Notes: generated from the letters alone by a model not told the origin. Shown: positions 24,748 to 37,967, counted from the first letter of the stretch. The stretch: 64,000 bases of DNA from Octopus sinensis (GCF_006345805.1 NC_042998.1:57474001-57538000), one strand, 5' to 3'. Numbers and translations: made by a program.

Positions 24748-27165
24748 AAGATATATGACATCAGAGTTCGAACCTGTTCCCAAGGCTTTGAGTACATCTT
24801 CAATATGGTGTAAGAGCTGTGTTAGACAGTCCCTGCCACAGCGAAAGCCATGCTGATTTGCATTTAGGAATTTGTTGGTCTCCAGGAAGTCAGCTATCCT
24901 TGATCTTAACACTCTTTCAAACACTTTAATGATGTGGGAGGTGAGTGAGATTGGGTAAATAGTTCAGTGCGAGGGATCTGTTTCCCTGTTTGAAAACCGG
25001 GATGACTGACTGGGATAGAAACTGTTTCGGTATATAACCTGCGTCTAACGAATTTCTCCAGAGGTTGGTCAGAGGGACTGCAAGTTGGTGTCTACATTCC
25101 TTCTGGAGACTAGCGGGGAATCTATCAGGGCCTACAGCAGAGTAGTATTAAAATTGCAGAGTACCATGTCGTGGTCTGAGAGGAGAGTTTTTTCAACTGA
25201 AATACTGTGAACGAAACTAGAGTGATTAGTCAATACCAGATCCAAGATCGTTTTATTCTGTCTCGTTGGTTCGAGCACTAGCTGAGTCAGGAAGTATTCA
25301 TCCATTAGATTAAAGAGCAGTTCTGCTGCTGCTCTATCTGATGTAGAGCATTTGCCTAACTTCAGAATATTTGTGGGCCAGTTCACATGAGGAAGGTTAA
25401 AATCACCCATCATTAGTATGTTTCCGGAGTGGTACTTCCGAAGGAAGGACTTGACTTTGCTAAGGCACTCTTCAAAGCACTTTAGAGGTGCTTGGGGAGG
25501 CCTGTAAAGACCAACAATGATTATGTCCTTGGCCTTGTTGAATAGTGATACAGATTTACAATAGCCATTGGAAAATATGTCCTTGGCATCAAGTGAAAAG
25601 GAGTCATGGATAAAGATAGCTGTCCCTCCCTTATTTCGGTCTGTGCGATCCGCACGAACAATGGTGAAATCTTTTATTTTCACCTCGGCGTCCATATGGG
25701 TGTTGTTCAGGTGAGTCTCGGTAAGAATAAAGAAAGGAATCAATGTGCCGTTTCGGCAAGCCAACTCTCTATATATGGGATCTTGCAGTTTTGGGCAATA
25801 ATTGATGGGTTGATGCCACATACATTTAACAGGGATGTCGCGGTAAAGGAAGTTTGATGTTTGCATTGTTCTAAGTTATGTTTTATGTTGTTCAGTGGTA
25901 GCAATGTGGGTAGTTCTTGTATGGAGCTGTGTGTATATGATTTTCTTGTTGGTAGTGGGTGTGTGGTTCTTGTGATTTGCATAGGTGGTTGTTGATAGCT
26001 CGTTGGATCTCTTGGCTTAGGTCGGCCTTCATATTTTTTAAGCAAAAATGTTGAGGCGAGAGTGGATGGTTTTAATTGTTTTGGTGTTTTGCTTATTTGT
26101 TTGCTTTTTAATGGCATGTGTAGTGGGGTGATAGTGGTGGATGGTGGTGGGTGATAGCTTGGATGTTTTTTTCAGTTCTTTTGCTAGATTCATTATATTA
26201 GCTATAATGTGATGATGTTTGAGGAGGTGGATTCCATGAGATAGCGGTAGACAAAGTTGTTTGTGGATTGATAGTGGGTGTAGCACTAGTAGTAGTAAGC
26301 AGAGGAGATGATGTTGACAGTGATGATGATTGAGCTGCTGGGGCAGTGAAAGGAAGGGGTGGTGCTTCCTGCTGTGTGACCCTGATGACTGGGGGGGGGG
26401 GGTCAATCAAATATATATATATATATATATATAAAAGGGGAAGAAGTTTCCTGTCTAGGGAACTGTAGGTGACTGTGGTTGTGGTTATTTTTATATGAGT
26501 GGTTATTTCTATAGGAGTCGTAGGTTTTTTTGCTTTTATTTTTATTTATGTTATCATTTGTCCGACGAGTCTCCGGGAGATGGGTAAAGGGACAATCCCT
26601 GTGCAAACACAATCTGTCTCGCTGGGAATAGCTGCAGATTTGGGGATTCCTTGTTTGAGATATTGGTGGTTGTGGTGGTGTTGTAATAGAGTATATATTA
26701 TGGTGGTGGCTGTTGTAGTTTGTGGGGATAGAGCGTTTTATTCCAAGTAAATGGGTGAATGTGCAGTCTCTATCAGTGCATAATCTATGGCGAAGAGAAT
26801 ATCGGCAAATGATGGGGTTTCGAGTGCGTGTGTGAGTTGTGAGAGGTGTAGATGATAGTTTGTTGAGGTTTTGGCGACCTTTTTGACCTGTAGGAGGTAG
26901 ATTCCTTGAGATAGCATTAGTAGTAGTAGTTGTAGTAGTAGTAGTAGTAGGCAGAATAGATGTTGACAGTGATGATGATTGAGGAGGTGGATTCCATGAG
27001 ATAGCGGTAGACAAAGATGTTTGTGGATTGATAGTGGGTGTAGTACTAGTAGTAGTAAGCAGAGGAGATGATGTTGACAGTGATGATGATTGAGCTGCTG
27101 GGGCAGTGAAAGGAAGGGGTGGTGCTTCCTGCTGTGTGACTCTGATGACTGGGGGGTCAATCAAA
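24748..27165 (-). mobile_element. CR1/L2-type LINE copy A: ORF1 3' part with two CCCH fingers, APE and partial RT; rearranged, 3'-truncated
   Basis: APE ORF 25132-25866 (ILTETHL, RADR..KGGTAIFI, GLYRPP, MMGDFNLP, PTR..ILDLVLTN, SDHD). RT region FERVLRSRI..FLETNKFLNANQHGFRCGRDCLTQLLHH..SDVIYL. ORF 26403-27194 contains two C-x8-C-x4-C-x3-H motifs. Confidence 0.9.
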
Positions 27166-27194
27166 TATATATATATATATATATATATATTCAA

Positions 27195-27700
27195 AAGCGT
27201 GTATGATGCTTTAGCATTTACTATGCTGTCGCAAATTAGGTGTCTATGTGGTTGTCAGCGCGAAAGAACACTGCGTCCGTACGCCGGAATTCATCCAATT
27301 GATTTCTTCGGCTATGTGGAACTACTGGACTCTGCGATCAATCTAAGGCTAGAGAGGGCTACTGTTGGAACGCTATATGCGTAATAGTAGGAATCGAATT
27401 CTTGCCTTACCTCCTGAGAGTCATAGTTAATACGTAGCCGGCACTTTAATTCTCTGAGTTATTATGTGTAAAGTACGGTTCAGACTAACACCAACCGACT
27501 TGCCTGCAACAGCAAGTCTGAGCTGGTGGCTAAGATCAAGGAGGTTTTCGAAGTGGCACCAGGTTCTAGAGTCGTCTTCAAGCCTTGGTGGAAGCTGAGA
27601 GTGGCTACTTTGAGTAAACTGCTATTTCTTAACCATAATCTAGTTGATAGTTTTTTGATTTTTTTAAATACTTTTATTTCGGAATGAAATATTACGTTTT
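27195..27700 (+). mobile_element. Tc1/mariner (maT/DD37D-like) transposase C-terminal remnant
   Basis: 27483-27617 reads TNTNRLACNSKSELVAKIKEVFE.../RF*SRLQALVEAESGYFE*, the typical maT-type C-terminus. Upstream YDALAFT...HPIDFFGYVE weakly resembles QDGAPAH...NPLDF. Confidence 0.55.
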
Positions 27701-28738
27701 CTTTTCCTTTTATGCAAACAAAGAAAAATTATTTTTTTATTGTGTAAATTATAATGAAAACAACAAAAAAATGTAAAACTGAGTGTAACCAAAATCGAAT
27801 GCATATAATGACTTGTACTTCTTCACTTCAAAGATTGAACGAATATCGATCTTATTCAGCCATAGGCTACCTACTTTAACAGGTTAAAAAGAATGAAGCC
27901 TTTACAGCTTCATTTTTAAGTTAATAAAATTAAAAGAAGTAGTAATTGGCAATACGTACATAATTAATGTCATTAGTAATAAAACTAAAATTTTCTGATG
28001 CGGTGTTGAAAAAGTTGTAAGAGACAAAACATTTAGTAATGTCCTACGTAAAACCAACACCGTAGTCAATTAATCAATTAATGCAAATGAGAATAACTTC
28101 ATTTTAATTGCATGCAGCAAAATGTCAAAATCATATCAAATGAAACATTCCTAGATATACAACCTGAATCCGACATTGAGCTAATTTCATCTCTGTACTT
28201 TAGAAAGGTATAAATTACTGTTCCGAGACTTGAATAACTGTACTTTAGTTATTATACGTACTATTACTAATCAAAGTAATTTCATAATATACAATTAAGG
28301 CCTGAAATGAAATGAAATTTAATAAATCAAATCTGTTTCCCACTTCTTTCTGGTCAGAAAAGGAGATTACCAAACTGTTCCTTTGAATATATATCTTTAA
28401 CCAAGGTGACACACCATGATATTTAGTCGAACCTACGTGAAGGATCTGAAAATATAAATTTTCCGATATTTTTCGGAACAAAATGCTAACAATATTTTCT
28501 GGACAAAATACTATCAATATGAAATTTTGTTGTTCTTATTTTCTTTGATACAATCCTACCACATTTATCAATGTATTTCTTTTTAACATCTAGTAAAAAC
28601 AACTATATACATCATTGTTTGGTCAATTCCATGGTGCAGCACCTTGGGTACATGTTTCTGCTATTGTGCTGGACCGACCAATACCTAGTGAGTAAATGTG
28701 GTAAAGGAAACTGTGTGGAAACCCTTCGTATGTGTGTT

Positions 28739-28784
<46 letters not shown>

Positions 28785-29844
28785 TATGTAGGTCCCGGGT
28801 TGAGTCGGGGTTAACCACAGTAAATAAGGTACTCAATACATAGCAGAGTAAATTAATTTATTTTATAGAAGGAGCTTCTACAGGACTACAACTGTTCCAT
28901 TCAAAAGAAATCATCAGGAAGCTTGCTGTCAAAATAAGTTCTGGCATTTATACATTTAGGCAGATTTAATGGGGTGGTTGTGGGGGACATTTTTTGGGTA
29001 AGCAGGGCACAAACTGTCTTTCTTAGGGGAGTGGTCAAAAGAATCAGTGGTAAAGTAAATAAATGAATAAATAGAATAATTGAATAGGGTTTTAGGTAAA
29101 TTAGAAGACTATCGCTTTTAGTCAGTTTGTTGTTGTTGTTACTAAGTGGAGGGAAGAAGTAGATAAGTATACATAAAATAACATATAAAATAAATATACA
29201 TACAAACCCACATACATACACATGCGAATATCCATACACATACATATACATAAGCCCATGTATATACATACAGACACACACATACATACATATAAATACA
29301 CTAGCACATATAATATATATATATATATATATACATACACATACATACACATACATATATATACATATATATACATACACATATATATACAAATACACAT
29401 ACACATACATGCAAACACGCAAACACACGCACACATATATCTACACATATGTATATAAATATACACATCCATACACACAAACATATATATATATTTTCTT
29501 CCTCTCTCCTCATCTTCCTCCCTTATTTTATTTTAATTTTTATTTTCCCTCGACCGTCTTCAAAATCATAAAAGGTATAATATATGACCTACCTAGCCGC
29601 CGACACACATTTAGTGGCGCTAGAGTAGACAAACGCCAAAAGTTCCTAGAACTCCCCAGGGTTCCAGCAGGCCTGATAGAATCCATCTACCGGTTCCCCT
29701 CTCCCTTCCTTTCTATCTCTTTACCCACGGATACAAACACAAACACTCACACACACACACTCTCCACGCACACTCATACACATACACAAACACACATGTT
29801 CTCTCACTCATTTCCTCCTCATCCACTTATACATATGTATATAT

Positions 29845-29864
29845 CTCTCTCTCACATGCATATA

Positions 29865-29922
<58 letters not shown>

Positions 29923-30361
29923 CATACATACACACACAAGTACACATATGCATACATACATAAATGTACCCACTTTCACATAAACGTATACATAACTATG
30001 TACACACAAACACACATATATAAACGTACTTCAGTACACATAAACACACATAAATATCGGCCCGCATGTATAAACGCATATGCTCATATAAAAACATATG
30101 TGCATATAAACATACATACGCATGTATATACGCATCCATACGCTTATAAATACATATATGCACGCATGCATGCATACATGTGTACATAAATGCATACATG
30201 CATATGCATACCTACACACATATATACATACATGCACATACATACACATACGTACACGTACATACATATACATATCTACACATATACACATACATATATA
30301 CACATACAAAAATCTACAAGTCCATATATATATGTATATATATACATATACATATCTACAT

Positions 30362-30393
<32 letters not shown>

Positions 30394-30754
30394 GCACATG
30401 CACATACAAATACTCATACGCATATCTACACACATACACACACGCATATATATATACATATATAAAAAGTATACAAGTCCATACATATATATATACATAC
30501 ATACACATACACAATACACAAATACATATATACATATATATACACAAATCACATACGCATACATAAATATATACATATGTATATACACCTGCGTACACAT
30601 ACACACACACGCATCTATATATACATACATAAATACATACAAGCATACATACACATACATATACACATTAACATGCATGCATAACAAATAATAAATATAT
30701 ATACATGCAAATACTATACTTACACATACACATACACGTACATATACATATAAC

Positions 30755-30786
<32 letters not shown>

Positions 30787-30792
30787 TATATA
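29845..30792. repeat. Long degenerate (TA/CA/TACA) low-complexity array
   Basis: Direct reading; source of several YIH/CVY pseudo-ORFs. Confidence 0.95.
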
Positions 30793-33700
30793 TACTTTGA
30801 TACTTTGATACTTTGATAGGTTTCGGCCATTATTGGCCCAGGCCCTGTCTAACTTAATAGCACCACCTGGTGAAGTCTTTCAAGTCAGAATTTGGGCACT
30901 ATGGCCCACTCAAGTAGAGAGTTATTGTTTACAGAGACATATCCGGGGTAGGGGGTTTATCCGGGATTTCTTGAAGGAATCTGTCCAAAGACTTCTTGAA
31001 CCCTATAGGGTCAGTTTCTGTTTTAATGTTTTTGGTGTAATGTTAAAGAGAGCGGGGCCAATTGAGGTGAAATAATTGTGCCGTATTGTTGTTATGAGAT
31101 GAGAGGTGCGATTTGTTTTGGGCGGATGGCACGGGGCCCAAGCCTTGGATGTACCTTAAAGGTGATGCCAATCATTTGGGCAATGCTGATGGAATATTTT
31201 CCACATCATGCAGATGATGTAGCGCTCACGACGACGTTGGAGAGAATAGAGTTTTAGCTTTTCTAGTCGACCCCAATAGTCGAGGCCTGTCATGCCATCT
31301 ATCTTTTTTGTGATTGCCCTTTGAGGTGCTTCAACTTTTATGATACCTTGTATTGTTGGGGAGACCACAGTGGACAACAGTATTCAAGGTGGGATGGGCA
31401 AAAGTGGAGAAGAGAAGGATAATGGTGTGGATATCTCTCGACTGCAAAGTTCTGAGAATCCAGGAACACATTCTGCGGCGGGCATGTCAACTTTGGTGTT
31501 TATATGAGTGGCCCAGCTTACGTTGTTGTCCACAATTACTCCCAAGTCTCTGATGTTGTTGGACGCCGCGAGAGTTTCACCTGAAGGAAGGGAGTATGGG
31601 AGTTTCAGGGCATCCTCTTTTCCAAAGTGGATTAGCTCAAATTTATCCTCGTTCAGCAGCATATTGTTTTTTTTCTGCCCATTGGATAACAGCCAGTAGA
31701 TCTGACTGAAGGCATGTCCGGTCACTCGCCTCATTTATGACCCTCTGTAGCTTGGAGTCATCTGCAAAGATTTTTATGTTGCTGTGCTTGATGATGTCAT
31801 TAATGTCATTAATGTAAATGATGAAAAGAAGTGGCCCAGCACAGTGCCTTGCGGAACGCCACTACTGACTTTGGCTGGGCTTGATTTTACCCCTTCAACT
31901 ACACATGTTGAGATCTGTCTGTCAGGAAACACTTAATCCATTTCAGTAACTTTCCAGAGACACCAATGTTGGATAGTTTTTTCAATAGGATCTTGTGATC
32001 GACCCTGTCGAAGGCCTTACTGAAATCAAGGTAGATGACATCGGTGTTGGAGCCCTCTCCCAAAGCTCTCAAAATGTCCTCAAAGTGATGCAGGAGCTGC
32101 GTTAGGCAGTCCCTTCCATTACGGAACCCATGTTGGTTGGAGATCAGCCGTCTGTTGCTTTCCAGAAATAGGTTATTCGAGATCTCACCACCCTCTCAAA
32201 TACCTTGATGATATGAGAGGTGAGTGAGATCGGACGGTAATTCACTGCAAGGGACTTGTTTCCCTTTTCGAAAACTGGGACAACAGACTGGGACAGAAGT
32301 TTTTTTGGAATATAGCCAGCATCCAGTGAGTTTCTCCACAGATTAGCAAGGGGAGATGCAATTGGTGTCGACACACCTTCAGGACACAAGCAGGGAACCT
32401 ATCGGGGCCTACTGCTGAATTGTGTTTTATTTTCGTTTATCGCCGCTAAGACATCAGGCACTAAACGTTATGTCCGATATAGTGTGTTGGGGGTTGACAT
32501 CACTGATACAGCCCAGATCGGCCATATCAGGATTGCTGAAAACAGAGCAGTATTGTTTCTGCAGTATCTCGGCCATGGATTTGGCATTATCTTGGAGAGT
32601 GCCAGTTTCGTCAATTAGAGGGCCTACAGTGGAGACAGTGACCCTGCGTTTCCTCGCAATGAAAAGAACACTTTGGGGTTGAGTTGATTTTTTCAATGGC
32701 CCACTTCTCCTCAGCTGATCTTTGGTTATTGATGAGGGTCTTCATGCATTGTTGGAGGTTTATTTTTTGGATTCAAGCAGTGCGATAGCCGTCGAATGTG
32801 TGTGTTGCTGATGGCAGTACTTTAGTTTGTTAATTTTTTTGTTTGTTCTTTTTATTTTTCTGATAATGGTTTTTCTGTTTTGGGGGATTCTGCACTTTTT
32901 GTTCACAGGTCCTTGGTGGGGAGTGTTTTGCACATATGTCTGTGACGGTGTCTACAAAGATCTGCCAAGATGTTTTATGGTTGTGTGGAGATGTGTGTAT
33001 GTGTAAAGGACCAGTCAACATTGATAGCTCGTTCCTGATTGCATCCCAGTTGGCTTTATGGAGATCCACGTTGTCAAATGGGGGGCTGGAGGAAGGTCAC
33101 TAGGATTAGCTTTCGGCTGGTGGAATTTCATGTTACAGAGAACCATGTCATGGTCTGAAAGAAGGGTTTTTTCCACTGTAACGTTATGTATAGTGTTAGT
33201 GTGGTTACTAAACACTAGGTCCAAAATGTTCTGATGTCTTGTTGGTGCAAGGACAAGTTGGGACAAGAAAAACTCATTCGTAAAGTCGAAAAGTGACTCT
33301 GCTGCTTCTTTGTCAGCGGTTGAGGCGGGAGTGCTTGGTTTCAAACAGTTTGTAGTCCAGTCAACACAGGTAGATTGAAGTCTCCCATCATGAGTATGTT
33401 GCTAGAATGGCACTGTTGAATAAAGCACTTAATGCTGTTGAGGCATTCTTTAAAGCACAGTATGGGTGTTTGGGGCGGCCTATAGAGCCCAATTACTGTC
33501 AGGTCATTGGCTTTGTTGTGCACGGTGACTGATTCACAGTAGCCGTTGGAGAATATACTATTTCCATCTGCTGTAAATGAATCATGCAGGAAAATGGCAG
33601 TTCCACCCTTCCTCCTGCCGATACGATCCGCGCGGATGGTTGTGAAATTCTTCACTCTCACTTCGGCTTCCAAGTGGGAGTTGTCAAGGTGGGTCTCAGT

Positions 33701-33921
33701 GAGAATGAAGAAAGGGATGTGGTGTGAATGGTTACCAACCCAGTCTTCAATGAATTGGACCTTCCATTTTTGTGCATTGATGGAAGGGCTGACACCTTGT
33801 GCATTGAGTAGGAATGTAGAGGTTAGTGTAGTGGCTGGTTTTGACTGTTGTAGGGGGCTTGGATTTTTTGTGTGTGTTAGTGGCAGCAATGTGGGGAATT
33901 GGTGCACTGGGGTAATAGCAA
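30793..33921 (-). mobile_element. CR1/L2-type LINE copy B: 5'-truncated ORF2 (APE+RT), frameshifted, intact 3' end
   Basis: APE (FLLNAQG, ILTETHL, YRPP, GDFNLP, DLVFSN, SDHD), RT (NYRPISLTSHIIKVFER, LLNEDKF, RDLGVIVD) and C-terminal SLQRRRERY. Tail (ATCAAAGT)3 abuts (TA)n. Confidence 0.93.
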
Positions 33922-34535
33922 ATATATATATATATATACATAAAAACACACATGCGTACATATATATACATATACACCTATACATACATACACACACATA
34001 GATACACGCACATAAGCACATACATATGTATATCCATATCCATATTCATATCCATACCCATATTTATATCTATATATATATAAAAATATATACATACATA
34101 TATACATACATATATTCATATCTACATTTATACACATACATATATGTACATATACACATACATAAACATATACACATGCATATACCTAAACATAAATATA
34201 TATTCGTGTACACACACACATACATTAATACATACACACACATATATACACACATATGCACATATACACATATACATATACACACATATATATATATACA
34301 TACACACATACATATATATCTATATATACATATATATATACACATACATATACACACATATATATATACACATACAAAAACATATACACATATACTCATA
34401 CACACGTATACACGCCTTCACATACACATGTACATACACAGTTGCACACACTCACATACAAATACATATATGCACTCGTATACATATATGTGCACATATA
34501 CACATACCCACATCCATATATATATATGTATATAG
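33922..34535. repeat. Degenerate (TA/CA) array
   Basis: Direct reading. Confidence 0.95.
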
Positions 34536-34539
34536 TCTT

Positions 34540-34831
34540 AGGAGAGAAGGTAATTGGGGGTGCTGAAGGAACAGTGTGGGTGGCGTATCGTCAATCGGGT
34601 TGCCGGGTGGGTCTGTAGTTTTTGTAGTTTGCATAAATTTTGTGCATACAGTTTTGGGGAGTGTTCCGAGATCTGTTGAGGAGAGGGCCTTTGGCGAACA
34701 AGGTCTCCAGGCTCTCAGAAATGCAATTCACAGCAGGTATGGCCTCCTGTGTAAGACGACGCGCCCTCCTGTAGTAGTCTCCACTTGATCTGAAGGGGAT
34801 GGAGTTCCTTTAAGGTGCCAGATATGGGCGG

Positions 34832-34835
<4 letters not shown>
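34540..34835 (-). mobile_element. Probable LINE 5'/ORF1 fragment between two microsatellite blocks
   Basis: GC-richer island with the same strand bias (C/A-rich on minus) as the LINE 5' regions, lying just upstream of copy B. No diagnostic motif. Confidence 0.3.
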
Positions 34836-34871
<36 letters not shown>

Positions 34872-34880
34872 TACATATAT

Positions 34881-35560
34881 ATAAACTTAGATAAACTTAG
34901 ATATGTTTCGACCAAAGATTGGTCCAGGCCATGTCTAACTTAATAGCACCACCTGATAGGATTATTCAATCCTGTTTAAGTCAAGTTTGTTTAAGTCAAG
35001 TTTTGTTCAAGTAGTGAGTTCTTGTTGGGTGAGTTGTATCCAGTTTTGTGTTCAAGTAGTGAGTTCTTGTTGGGGGATTGTATCCAATTATGGGTGGCTT
35101 ATCTGGTATTCTTTGAAGGAACTATTCAGACTCTGTTTAAAGTTGATGGGATCCTTTTCCTCTTTGATCTCCCTCGGGACAATGTTAAATAGGGCAGGGC
35201 CTTTGAGGAAAAGAAATAATGTGCAGTGTACATGTATGTTGTGATCTTGAATTGGGCAGGGGACGTATCCCGTGGTCCCAGTCTTGGATGAACCTTGAAG
35301 CTAATGTTTAGGTCGTTTGGGCAAAGTTGGCGGTATATTTTCCACATCGTACAAATGATGTACCGCTCACGGTGACGCTGGAGGGAGTAAAGTGTCCAGG
35401 CTTTAAGGCGATCCCAATAATCGAGAGCAGCCAAGCCTTCAATTTGTTTAGTGAGAGCCCTCTGGGAATGACTCAATTCTGGAGATGTTTTGTCTTGTGT
35501 GAGGAGACCACAGTGGGCAGCAGTATTCAAGTTGTGGCCGTACAAAGGAGGAAAAAAGTG
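34881..35560 (-). mobile_element. CR1/L2-type LINE copy D: heavily 5'-truncated 3' end
   Basis: LEYCCPLWSP region, DYWDRLKAWTLYSLQRHRERYIIC, ggtggtgctattaagttagacatggcctgg 3' motif, tail (ATCTAAGTTT)2 next to a TA run. Confidence 0.88.
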
Positions 35561-35565
35561 GTATG

Positions 35566-35599
<34 letters not shown>

Positions 35600-35844
35600 G
35601 GGGAGAGGGAGAGAAACAACTTATTTTAAATCTCTGAGTGAGAGAAATACAAATAGTACCAAATAATCATTACTATATATATATATATATATATATGTAA
35701 ATGTGTGTGCGGTTTCTCATCGTCACAAACTCGTGCGACATTCCGACGCCAAAACGGGCCGGCGGACAACGTCTGAGGCGGCGAAGAAATACAGCGACGA
35801 CCGAACGAGCTGAATATACTGTAATTTGAAGTGAAACATTTTGT

Positions 35845-36075
35845 TAATAGTTTTTCTGATTTAGGCTCAAGGCCAGCAACTTTTGCGGAAAAAGTTAATC
35901 GATACAACCAATCCCAGTTTGATCGGGATCGATCGTATCGACTGGTATTTTGATTTATTGACCTCGGAAGAATGAAGAAAGGAAAATCAATGATAACCTC
36001 TGTGGGGTTTGAACTCAATCCTAAACTACTGAAAATTGCAGCAAATATGTTTTCCGGCACTAACGATTCTGACAA
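35845..36075 (-). mobile_element. Decayed SINE (aaggcggc family)
   Basis: ggcacaaggccagcaa-like tail, atcgactggtattt..tttattgacc.cggaag.atgaa, tttgaactca. Confidence 0.6.
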
Positions 36076-37623
36076 TCGATTGGCCTTAATGTTTTCTAAT
36101 ATAAAACATTGGTAATCATCCGGAAAATAAGTGACATGCAAATGAACCCGAAAGAATCATTTTACATCGGTTTCGGATTAATGAAAAATAAAAAATAAAA
36201 GAATAAAAACAAGAACTGAGACTTTCTGAAAAGCAAATAACGAAAATTAGTTTTGCATTTCATCTGCATTGAGAATATTCAACGAATTCGATGCGAACTT
36301 AAAATCAAGCAAATTTCTACTGGGAAATATTTGTTGTAAGTAAATCTAATGAGAATTTCCAAATTAAATGAGCTTGCTATACTTTCTTGTAAGTGACGAC
36401 TGTCCGAAAAAAAAGTAACATTTGAAGGTGTTTAGATAAAGTATAAAAACGAAGTAAATATTATCAACAAATATCTTTGATTTCTTGATTGAAGGAATTA
36501 CCAAATTAATTGCGATAATAATATTAACAGTAGATAAATCCAATTACAGTATTTCACTTTCTTTTAATGTCAATATACTTATTCAATGCTGAATGATTTC
36601 GGTATACATCTCCAAAACAACAATATCGATAGCGATAAAGAAAGAAAAGAAAAAGAAAAAAATGACCAAAAATGTGTTTCCAGTTTAACGGAGGAATGTA
36701 CTTTAATAGTCAAAGTGTGTAACGTTTCAATAACAGTGGAACTCTCCTTACAAACTAAGTTGACATTTCCATTAAATCTTTCGTTCACCTTTAGCAAGAA
36801 GAAAATAACAGCACCTTAAGGTCAAAGTGATATTTTCAGAATGATTTTCTATTTTCTTTAGAATATCATAAAATTAACGATTTTATGATGATGACGTGAT
36901 AATGTGTCAAGTAGCACTTTCTGTAAGGATATCTGCTACTTCTTGGTTGCATTTTCGGAACTGAGGATAGCTTTGCGATTACATGTGCGTGCTGCGATGC
37001 TCATAAAGTATCAATTACAAACAGTAAGGATAATTCAGGCCGTAATCTACTGGCAAAGTTAAACGCGACATGTAAGGAATTTATTTTCTACTTTATTACA
37101 GCTTCAATTTACTTTCGTCAGGATTGCTGAGGAGTAAATTCAACATTCCAAATCTTACAAGCCAATAAATTTGCTATAAGTATGCTGGATTGACAAATGA
37201 TAGGGCGATGGACAAAATACTACAGTATATAGTTACGTTCCTTCATATTCTGCCTTCTAATTCCACCTCGGTTGGACTTTGCTCTTTGTCCTTCCGATGG
37301 TCGATAAAATAAAATAGCCTTCTAATACAAAATCAATTTAAACGACTGCACGACTACGCAAAATGTATGGCCTTGGGCCTTTACTAGAAATCAGTTATAC
37401 CAGTTACAGAAATCAGTTATAAATCAGTGAATATTTTCCGTCAATAAACGCTTGTAATCCAGAGTACGTATTTATAGCTCGAAACCACTGTATTGCAACT
37501 CTGAAAAATTTAGCTATTGGCCATATTAACATGCTTTTGGAAACTTCATATATTACATTAATTTTGTCGTATCCTTTTTTGGAAACTGTATAAAATTTAC
37601 ATCAGTTGAAGGAAAACAGAAAA

Positions 37624-37626
<3 letters not shown>

Positions 37627-37686
<60 letters not shown>

Positions 37687-37877
37687 GCACGCACACACGC
37701 GCGCGCGCACGGGCACACATATATGCACATGTATAGGTGATGTTTAAAAGTACATATATATGTATATATATGGATATATATGTGTATATATATATATATA
37801 TTATATATATGTGTGTATATATATATGTATATATATATATGTATATATATATATATGCATATATATGTATGTATTTA

Positions 37878-37916
<39 letters not shown>

Positions 37917-37917
37917 G

Positions 37918-37967
<50 letters not shown>

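Noticed and set aside
30820-30845. GGCC...GGCC-GAAAC at the LINE 3' end as a hammerhead
   Set aside because: It lacks the CUGANGA strand and cleavage triplet; better explained as the RT-recognition hairpin.
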